Assembly: GCA_016235455.1 (NCBI GenBank)
Contig: JACRKZ010000166.1
Span: 845-64,844 of the forward strand
Reading direction: 5' to 3'
Length of the DNA: 64,000 nt
Source: Armatimonadota bacterium
GTDB lineage: Bacteria; Armatimonadota; UBA10988
Shown here piece after piece: positions 56,953 to 64,000 of the stretch; the first letter of the stretch is position 1, and every line of letters begins with the position of its first letter. A program made the translations under genes and the position numbers. The notes beneath the pieces were generated by a model, which was not told the origin of the DNA, did no database searches, and worked only from the letters and a program-made list of their open reading frames with translations.

Positions 56953-58071
56953 ATGCGGTTGCGCTATCTGCTGGTCAAGGAGCTGCTCCAGATGCGGCGT
57001 AACCCGGCCATGCTGCGCATGGCTGTGTTCATGCCCATCATGCAGACGCTGCTGCTGTCCTTCGCGGCCAACATGGACGTGACCAACGTGCCGCTGACCA
57101 TCTGGGACGCCGACCGCAGCCCGCAGAGCCGGGCGCTGGTGCAGATGGTCGGCTCCTCCAACGCCTTTGTCCTGAAGGGCTACCGCATGTCGCCCGAGGA
57201 GCTGGAGCACGACCTGGACTCGGCGCGGGCCTCGCTGTGTCTGGTCATCCCCGCCGGATTCGCGCGCGACGTGGAGCGTGGCGAGGCGACGCTGCAGGTG
57301 CTGGTCGACGGCACGGAATCCACGACCACGACCGTGGCCGCGGCCTACATCGCGCAGATGGCGGGCGACTTTGGCGCGCAGGTGCAGCGCAAGCTCGTGG
57401 CGCGGCGTGGCTTGCACCTCAACCTGGGCCAGATCACGCCCGTGCCGCGCGTGCTCTACAACCCCGACGCGCGCACGCTGTGGTTCATGGCGCCGGCCAT
57501 CATGGCGCTCGTGCTGACCACGCTCATGCAGAACATCACCGCCCTGTCCATCGCTCGTGAGCGCGAACTGGGCACGCTGGAGCAGTTGGTGATGACGCCG
57601 GTGCGGCCCGCGGAGATCCTGCTGGGCAAGCTGGTGCCCGTGGGGGTGATTGGTCTGTTCGACGCCGGCCTGGTCAGTGTCATCGTGGTGCATGCGCTGC
57701 ATGTGCCGTTTCGCGGCAGCGTGGCGCTGCTGGCCCTGGCCACGATCATCTTCTTGTTCGCCGTGCTCGGGTTGGGGTTGCTCGTGTCCACCGTGTCGCA
57801 CAATCAGCAGCAGGCGCAGCTGACCAACTTCTTCCTGTCGTACCCCTCGATGCTGCTGTCGGGCTTCATCTTCCCCGTGTGGAACCTGCCGGCCCCGCTG
57901 CAGCCGGTCAGTCGGCTGGTGCCGATGACGCATTTCCTGGAGATCACGCGCGGCGTGTTTCTACGGGGCTCCGACGCCTCCGCGCTGGCCGGCCATCTGG
58001 CGTGGATGGCCGGCCTGGCGACTGCATTCTTCGTCGTGGGCGCCTTGCGCTTCCACAAGCGACTCGACTGA
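56953..58071 (+). CDS. ABC-2-type exporter permease (YbhS/YbhR-like), second copy
   Basis: 'MRLRYLLVKELLQMRRNPAMLRM'. Same architecture as the preceding permease. Confidence 0.8.
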   Translation: MRLRYLLVKELLQMRRNPAMLRMAVFMPIMQTLLLSFAANMDVTNVPLTIWDADRSPQSRALVQMVGSSNAFVLKGYRMSPEELEHDLDSARASLCLVIPAGFARDVERGEATLQVLVDGTESTTTTVAAAYIAQMAGDFGAQVQRKLVARRGLHLNLGQITPVPRVLYNPDARTLWFMAPAIMALVLTTLMQNITALSIARERELGTLEQLVMTPVRPAEILLGKLVPVGVIGLFDAGLVSVIVVHALHVPFRGSVALLALATIIFLFAVLGLGLLVSTVSHNQQQAQLTNFFLSYPSMLLSGFIFPVWNLPAPLQPVSRLVPMTHFLEITRGVFLRGSDASALAGHLAWMAGLATAFFVVGALRFHKRLD

Positions 58072-58140
58072 GCCCTCACCCGCGCCGCGCTGGCCGGCCG
58101 CTCGATCGCTCGGCGGGCCGGGCAGAACGCACACGTTGGC

Positions 58141-58599
58141 TCAATCGGCCGTGGGCGGGGTGGGGGCCGTGTCGCCAACCGGGCCGAGCTTGCGCAGGTA
58201 GACCCAGCCGCGCTGTGGATAGGTGGTGCGGCCGGTCCGCGCACCGATCCAATCGGCTACCTTCTGCGAGGTCCACTTGCCGCCGCCGGGCGGCGCCTGG
58301 TGCAGTGCCGCAGCCAGTTCGGCCTGTTGCGCGGGTGACAGCATGGGCGTGGCGCCGGGGTTGGCGTGGCGCCGGTCGGTCAGACAGCCGGGGCCGTTCT
58401 CGTTGTACTCATGCACCAAACGGCGGACCCAAGGGATCGAATACCCGGTCGTCTCGGCTACTTTGCGCGTGGACGAGCCGCTCGACATCAGAAAGATGAC
58501 CTGATAGCGGAGACGCTCGACGGGATCTCTGCTGGCACGGAATCTGCTTTCCAGTTCGTCTGGCGTCAAATGCGGCTTCACAATCGGACGTCGCGGCAT
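58141..58599 (-). CDS. orphan IS630-family transposase N-terminal HTH/winged-helix domain (no DDE catalytic ORF follows); likely insertion-sequence remnant
   Basis: ORF 58141..58698, start at 'MPRRPIVKPHLTPDELESRFRA'. 'STRKVAETTGYSIPWVRRLVHEYNENG' HTH typical of IS630/Tc1 OrfA. The adjacent region holds no transposase core. Confidence 0.55.
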   Translation of the reverse strand: MPRRPIVKPHLTPDELESRFRASRDPVERLRYQVIFLMSSGSSTRKVAETTGYSIPWVRRLVHEYNENGPGCLTDRRHANPGATPMLSPAQQAELAAALHQAPPGGGKWTSQKVADWIGARTGRTTYPQRGWVYLRKLGPVGDTAPTPPTAD

Positions 58600-58737
58600 G
58601 TGGGATCCTCCTACCCAGGCCGACAGGGGCACGCTACGGTCCCCGCAGGTCGGTATTATTGCCCACGCACCGCGGATTACGGGATACGTTGAATTCACAT
58701 AGGCGACATGTTCGGCCAGGAGCCGACTCGTCGGCGT

Positions 58738-61689
58738 TTAGGTGGTGGGTTGCCACCAAAGCGACTCCCAGTAGCGTCGCTCAACTGCGTATGGATCAAT
58801 GGGCTCGCCATCGGTTCGTCCGGGCGCCAGGATGCCATAGCGTTGCATCTCGCGAACCCAGGCTGCACGGGGCTGGAAACCCGGCATGTCGAACCGCCGG
58901 ATGGTGTTGAGCTGAGTGGAGGCCGCCTGCACCATGGCCAGGATGGCCTGGTAGTCGGTGTCGTCGGTGCTGGGCAGTACCGCCTGGCCGCAGCGTTGCC
59001 AGCCGCCCGCCGCCTTGGCCAGCGGCGCCAGCAGCAGCGCCGACTGGGCCGGTTCGGTGAGGTCGTAGAGCAAGTGGCGCGCGAAGCGACGGCGCGGGTC
59101 GTTGGGGCCCATGTCCTCCCACGGGGGGCCGGTGATCTCGTCGGTGGCCGATTGGGGCAAGGCCTTGGCGCCGGTGTGGCAGCTGTTGCAGCGGCGCCCG
59201 AGCGCTGCCATGCCGGCCTTCGTGACGGGCTGCTGCAGGTCGGCGCGGTCCAGGTTGTTCTGGGCGTAGCCGCCGATCATGCCGCAACCCAGCGCGGCGT
59301 AAGTGCCTGGGTGCGGTGCGCCGACCTCTATCCAGAGGCGCACGGTACGTCGTTCCTGGTCGGTCAGGCGCACGCCGTGGTGGGCCTCGGTGAGCTTGGC
59401 CATGAGCGGGCTGGCGCTGCTGCCGAGCTTGCGCGGCGGGTAGTTGCTGATCGGCCGGTTGCGTCCGTCGGCCACCTGACTGCGCGCGGTCAGCGCGAAG
59501 TAGCTGAGGGTGAACAGCGGGCCGCGATGGTTGATCAGGTTGACGTCGCCGTCACGGCGCTGCGGGTTGTGGCAACTCACGCAGTGGCGGTCCCAGATGG
59601 GTTGGATGTCGCGCGGGTAGTCCAGCACGTCGGGCACGTCGCTGATCGGCGTGATGGCCGACGGCGCGCGCATCACGGCCGCGGGCATGGCCGTCGCCGT
59701 CCGTGGCGGTGCCTTGGTGCGGTGCTCGTGGCAGCCGACGCAGCCCAACGTCTCGCCCGGCTGCACGGTGGCGAAGCTCTGCATGCGCTTGACGGCCAGA
59801 TCGTCCTGGTCGAGTGCGACGAAGATCAGGCTGCGTAGCGCCGGCGCCTCGAAGTAGGCGGAGCCGTCGGGCTCGACGGGCACGGTGCCCAGCACGCGTT
59901 CCAGGGTGAACGTGCCGCCGTAGCTCAACGGCTCCATGCCGCCGGTGAAGTTGACCGGCTTGGGCAGGCTTTCGAGCACCAGCAGCTTCTTGATCTCGCC
60001 GCGCGTCACGCCCTCCATGTTGCGGCCCAGGTGCACGTCCTGGAGCATGAAGCGGCCGGTAGTGCGGGCCAGTTCGGCGCGCGCGGGAATGACCCGCTCG
60101 CGCCCGCGGACGATCACCGGACGCGGCTCGTTGAGCCAGTAGCCTGCCTGCTGGTCGGCCGCGGGCAAGGCGAACAACTCGGCGGTGCGGCCGCGCTCGT
60201 CGCACAGCATCAGCGAACTGCCGCGCGCGGCCATGATGGTGTCTTCGCCAAACGCCCACGGGTCGCGGAAGTCATCGCCGCGGGTCAGCGCGCGGGCCGA
60301 GCGGTTCTGGTCGGGCCCGGCCTTGGGGTCGATGATGCCGATGCGACCCTCGTGTTCGGTCTTGCCGTGGCCGGGCGAGAAGCTGGCCACGATCTTGTGG
60401 CTGCCGGGGATGGGTTTGGCGTCGATGAACACGTCGCCGGCGCGCTGGTTGCCGAACCACACCTCCTGCACCGTGCCGTCGGGGTAGGCCGACCACAGGT
60501 GGTGGTAGTGCACCTGGCTGCGATCGACATACTCCCAGCGCGTGTAGAGAATGCGGCCGTCGGGCATGACCCAGGGCGTGTTGTCGTGCTCGTTGTTGCT
60601 CGATATCGGCCGCAGATTCGTGCCGTCGGCATCGCAGCGGTAGAGAATCGCCACCTGCGTCAGCCAGCAGTTCACCCACCGCTTGCAGCGCGTGGAGACG
60701 AACACGATGCCGCCGTCGGGCAGGTAGGCGGGTTCGATATCGTCCCAGTCGCCGGTGGTGATCGGGCGCACGGAACGATCGGCCAACGTCATCTCGTACA
60801 GGTTGTAGTGGTCGCTGGTGCCGCGGCGCCAGCTGAACAGCATCTTCTGGCCGTCGTAGCTGACCTGCGGGTCGCGCAGGCCGCCCTGCGGGTCGTCCAG
60901 CAGCGTCTCCAGCGCCTTGGTGCGCAGATTGAGCCGGCACAGCCGCCCGCCAGGTCGGTAGAGCTTGGCCGCGCTGTCGGCCGCGTAGTACGAGAAGTTG
61001 GCGTACCAGTGCTCGCCGACAGGCTTGCGTAGTGCAAAGACCACCGAGTCCACGGGCGCCATGGTGCCCGTCAGCGCGCGCTCCACCAGATCCCCCGAGC
61101 CGCCGTTGACGGCCGGCGCCGCCTGCTCGGCGCTCAGCAGCAGGTAGTCGTAGATGATCCAACTGCCGTCGTCCATCGTTACGGTCAGTTCGTTCGTCCC
61201 GGCCTTGGCCCCGCCGGCCGCCACGGGCACGGCCAGGTCGCTAGGCTCGCTGAGTAGGAATGGATCGAAGGCCAGTTCGGTGCCGTTCTTCGCCGGCAGG
61301 CGCTGCTCGAGCAGCTTGTTGCCGTTGATCGCGATGCGGATCAGGCTCGGTTCCCAGCTGGCCAGGTAGCCCAGGTGCAGCCACAGCGGTCTGGTCGGCG
61401 CGTCCTTCAAATTGAAGCGCAGCGTGAAGGTCTGCGGCTTCCCGCCGGCCCAGCTATCGTGCGTGCTGGGGTGGATGTAGGGCCAATCGGTCAGCTTGCT
61501 CTGGCCGAGCGTGACCACCACCGGCTGCCGGTACGTTTCCGCGTAGCCGGTCCAGGTGCGGTCACACAGCCCAAACTCCGCGCACGACCCGTCGGGCGTG
61601 CCCAGTTGCATGAGCGGCGCCTCCGCGGCCACCAGCCGCCCAGCGATCAGCACGACCAGCCACCAACGCAGTGATCTCAACCAATTCAT
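58738..61689 (-). CDS. paralog 3 of PD40-propeller / tri-haem c-type cytochrome protein with a different N-terminal beta-sandwich domain (three CxxCH: GCVGCHE, CVSCHN, CNSCHT; PSCyt1-like 'RLWIEVGAP')
   Basis: Signal 'MNWLRSLRWWLVVLIAGRLVAA'. The propeller and cytochrome part is colinear with the other two paralogs ('RWEYVDR', 'GETLGCVGCHEHRT', 'HCVSCHNP'). Confidence 0.7.
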   Translation of the reverse strand: MNWLRSLRWWLVVLIAGRLVAAEAPLMQLGTPDGSCAEFGLCDRTWTGYAETYRQPVVVTLGQSKLTDWPYIHPSTHDSWAGGKPQTFTLRFNLKDAPTRPLWLHLGYLASWEPSLIRIAINGNKLLEQRLPAKNGTELAFDPFLLSEPSDLAVPVAAGGAKAGTNELTVTMDDGSWIIYDYLLLSAEQAAPAVNGGSGDLVERALTGTMAPVDSVVFALRKPVGEHWYANFSYYAADSAAKLYRPGGRLCRLNLRTKALETLLDDPQGGLRDPQVSYDGQKMLFSWRRGTSDHYNLYEMTLADRSVRPITTGDWDDIEPAYLPDGGIVFVSTRCKRWVNCWLTQVAILYRCDADGTNLRPISSNNEHDNTPWVMPDGRILYTRWEYVDRSQVHYHHLWSAYPDGTVQEVWFGNQRAGDVFIDAKPIPGSHKIVASFSPGHGKTEHEGRIGIIDPKAGPDQNRSARALTRGDDFRDPWAFGEDTIMAARGSSLMLCDERGRTAELFALPAADQQAGYWLNEPRPVIVRGRERVIPARAELARTTGRFMLQDVHLGRNMEGVTRGEIKKLLVLESLPKPVNFTGGMEPLSYGGTFTLERVLGTVPVEPDGSAYFEAPALRSLIFVALDQDDLAVKRMQSFATVQPGETLGCVGCHEHRTKAPPRTATAMPAAVMRAPSAITPISDVPDVLDYPRDIQPIWDRHCVSCHNPQRRDGDVNLINHRGPLFTLSYFALTARSQVADGRNRPISNYPPRKLGSSASPLMAKLTEAHHGVRLTDQERRTVRLWIEVGAPHPGTYAALGCGMIGGYAQNNLDRADLQQPVTKAGMAALGRRCNSCHTGAKALPQSATDEITGPPWEDMGPNDPRRRFARHLLYDLTEPAQSALLLAPLAKAAGGWQRCGQAVLPSTDDTDYQAILAMVQAASTQLNTIRRFDMPGFQPRAAWVREMQRYGILAPGRTDGEPIDPYAVERRYWESLWWQPTT

Positions 61690-61824
61690 CCGATATCTGC
61701 CTGCTAGACCCTGGGTGTTTCGACGCCCATCCTGGGTTCCTTGTTGTCACACCTTCATCGCAAACGATCAATGTGAAAAAGGAGTTGGGCGCCTGAGCGC
61801 CAACCTCCGGTGCGGGAGCTGATC

Positions 61825-64000
61825 ATGAAGGTGTTGCGCGCGATGCTGCTGGGCGCCGGGCTGGTCACGGCCTGTGCGGCGGAACCGAACACGCCCGCCG
61901 AGCTGGCCATTCTGCCGACGGTGCTGCGGCCGGCGGCGAAGGTGCCGCCGTTGGGACCCAACAACTGGGGCGGCTGTGGCGCGGTGGAGTGGGCGGCCAA
62001 CAACTTCGTCCGCAACGCGGGCAACGAGCCGGTCTACTGGCGCAACCTGCACCGCGCGGCGCGCGTGGGTCCGAACTGGTTCGAGATCGACGGACCAGGC
62101 ACGAGTTGGTGGGACTTGTGGGCCAGCGGCTTCCTCAGTGGCGCCGACCTGCGCATCTACCGCCTGGTGGACGCCAAGGGCCAGCCGGTACCGGCGCAGG
62201 GCGACTACCTCGACACGGCGGCGGCAGCCCGCGCGCAGTTCGTGGGTAACGGCCGCATTGTGCCCGAGGGCGACCCGAACCTGCCCGACGGAGGCTGGGT
62301 GGCCAACCAGTATGCGGATGTGAGCCCCAACGCCTGGATCCGGCATCGCAACCTCAGCGCCACGGACGCGAGTTGGTTCGCGCCGGGCCGGGCGGTGTGG
62401 TACGCCGTGGTGGCGGTCAGCGCCGACGGCAAGGAATCCGAGCTGTCGGGCGAGGTCAGCGCCACGCCCACCGCCGGGGGCAACCCGCCGCCGAGGCTGC
62501 TGGTCTCAAGCGGCGACGACAAGACTCCCGACTGCGCCACCGGCCAGGACTTCCGGCTGGCGACCAAGGTCTACGGCGGCAAGGCGCCGCTTCGCTATAC
62601 CGCCACGCTGCCGCCTGGGCTGAGCATCGATGCGGGCGGCGTGATCAGCGGTAAGCCCACGGGCGAGGTCAAGGGCTTCGCCGCCAAGGTGACCGTGACC
62701 GACGCGGACGGCCGTTCGGACCAGCGCACCTGGCTGCTGGCCGCGCCGGGCCCGGCCGGGGCCGGCAAGCCCGAGCCGCCCAGCAACGTCAAGGCGGTGG
62801 CCGGCGACGGCTTCGTCACGCTGTCGTGGACGGCCAGCCCTTCGCCCAACGTGGTGGCCTACCGGCTCAAGCGCTCGACGGCGCCCAAGGCCCAGCAGGT
62901 GCAGCGCGTCTATGTGACGGCGGACACCCCCAAGCTGCTGCCGTGGGACTACATCGTGCTCAGCAAGCGCTTCGGCAACTTCGACATGAAGTATGTGAAC
63001 ACGCGCGTGCGCGGGATTGACGGCAACTTCGACCGCCCCGCGTGGTACTGGGACAAGGGGCAGAGCAAGGTCAAGATGGGCTTGGCGCCACATGGCGGCA
63101 AACTGCCAGCCGACTTCGTCGACCCCGGCGAGACCTGCCTCAAGGTGGTGGCCGAGGCGGGCGAGCAGAGCATCCGCCAGATCGTCTTCATCGACAACAA
63201 CAAGGGTGGCGAATCGCTGTGGTACGGCCAGTTCGAGCCGGGCCGGCACTACCGCCTCGAGGTGTGGATGAAGGCCGAGGGCCTGGCCGACCCGACGGTG
63301 CGCTTCGGCTATGGCACCCAGTACCCCGAGGCAGCCAAGTCGTTCCAGCTCACGGGTGAGTGGCGCAAGTACACGCATGAATGGGATGCTGGTGAGCGGC
63401 CGACCAACACCTGGCATTTCGGCCACACCTTCACCTTCAGCGGGCCGGGGACGCTGTACCTGGACAACGCGCGTATCTATCGCTGCGACCAGCCGACCGA
63501 CGCGGCCAAGCCGTATGTGCCGGGCCGCACGGTGCTCGACGAGCTGCTGGCCAGCCAGCCGGCGACCGGCGGCAAGTCGGCGCACCGCATCTGGTTCCTG
63601 GATCGCGATGCCACCATGGACTCCATCCTGAGCTGGCATGCCAACGCCAAAGTGCAGCCCAACTGGCGCACCGCGGTCGAGGGCACCATGGAGATGACGC
63701 TGCCCATGGGCCTGGCCTTCGACCTGGCAACTGGCGACTCCCCGGCCAATCGTTGCCGGCCCTGGCTGGTGCTGCAACATGTGTTGCACTCCGAGGCCGA
63801 CTGGCAGGCGCTGGTCGAGTATCTGGCGGCACCTTACGACCCGGCCAAGGACAGTGCTCGGACCAAGCCGTGGGCAGCCCGCCGCGCGGCACAGAAGGGC
63901 GACAACCGCCCGTGGACCGACGAGTTCGCCAGCATTACCATCGAGTTCGGCAACGAGACGTGGCACAACGGTGCCTTCGACGACTGGCTGGGCTTCAACC
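61825..64000 (+). CDS. secreted multidomain protein, 3'-partial (runs off window): He_PIG/dystroglycan-type Ig-like domain + fibronectin-III + C-terminal GH-like region
   Basis: Open frame from ATG 61825 ('MKVLRAMLLGAGLVTACAAEP') to the window end. It is absent from the ORF track only because it lacks a stop. Strong GC3 bias. 'LRYTATLPPGLSIDAGGVISGKP' (He_PIG). 'PEPPSNVKAVAGDGFVTLSWTAS' (FN3). Confidence 0.55.
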   Translation, partial: MKVLRAMLLGAGLVTACAAEPNTPAELAILPTVLRPAAKVPPLGPNNWGGCGAVEWAANNFVRNAGNEPVYWRNLHRAARVGPNWFEIDGPGTSWWDLWASGFLSGADLRIYRLVDAKGQPVPAQGDYLDTAAAARAQFVGNGRIVPEGDPNLPDGGWVANQYADVSPNAWIRHRNLSATDASWFAPGRAVWYAVVAVSADGKESELSGEVSATPTAGGNPPPRLLVSSGDDKTPDCATGQDFRLATKVYGGKAPLRYTATLPPGLSIDAGGVISGKPTGEVKGFAAKVTVTDADGRSDQRTWLLAAPGPAGAGKPEPPSNVKAVAGDGFVTLSWTASPSPNVVAYRLKRSTAPKAQQVQRVYVTADTPKLLPWDYIVLSKRFGNFDMKYVNTRVRGIDGNFDRPAWYWDKGQSKVKMGLAPHGGKLPADFVDPGETCLKVVAEAGEQSIRQIVFIDNNKGGESLWYGQFEPGRHYRLEVWMKAEGLADPTVRFGYGTQYPEAAKSFQLTGEWRKYTHEWDAGERPTNTWHFGHTFTFSGPGTLYLDNARIYRCDQPTDAAKPYVPGRTVLDELLASQPATGGKSAHRIWFLDRDATMDSILSWHANAKVQPNWRTAVEGTMEMTLPMGLAFDLATGDSPANRCRPWLVLQHVLHSEADWQALVEYLAAPYDPAKDSARTKPWAARRAAQKGDNRPWTDEFASITIEFGNETWHNGAFDDWLGFN

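Overview
This is a high-GC (~68-70%) bacterial window whose gene content looks PVC-like, probably Planctomycetota or Verrucomicrobia. It carries TAT-signal Gfo/Idh/MocA oxidoreductases, planctomycete-type cytochrome c domains and many secreted glycoside hydrolases. About 45 real genes sit in a dense glycan-degradation setting: GH51 arabinofuranosidase, three GH5-like (clan GH-A) catalytic domains, a beta-helix glycanase, an SGNH esterase, large GH-like proteins, four Gfo/Idh/MocA paralogs and galT. Housekeeping and regulatory islands are mixed in: cysD-cysNC, an AraC regulator, arsR-arsM, rpsT, a VOC protein and a thioredoxin-like protein. Three operon-like blocks stand out. The first is a coupled six-gene block (DUF4139-like, MqnD-like, ABC transporter and two membrane/secreted proteins, 37234-43606). 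The second is a YbhGFSR-like ABC exporter with an unusually long (680 aa) HlyD membrane-fusion protein (51909-58071). The third is a coupled membrane-protein plus propeller-cytochrome pair (23388-26761). The most unusual content is a family of three paralogous ~1000-aa secreted proteins at 4516-7683 (+), 30319-33087 (-) and 58738-61689 (-). Each combines an N-terminal carbohydrate-binding-like domain, a TolB/PD40-type beta-propeller and a C-terminal region with 2-3 CxxCH haem-c motifs ending in a PSCyt1-like 'W[IV]xxGAP' tail. A fourth, shorter propeller+CxxCH protein lies at 25244-26761. All sit among periplasmic sugar oxidoreductases and GHs, which suggests an undescribed extracytoplasmic glycan-oxidation and electron-transfer system. 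Long antisense 'shadow' ORFs are common because of the GC content and were rejected. Gene calls follow the ORF-track coordinates, which include the stop codon. Starts were re-picked from signal peptides, Shine-Dalgarno (SD) sequences and homology. Positions I read directly from the sequence may be off by 1-3 nt.
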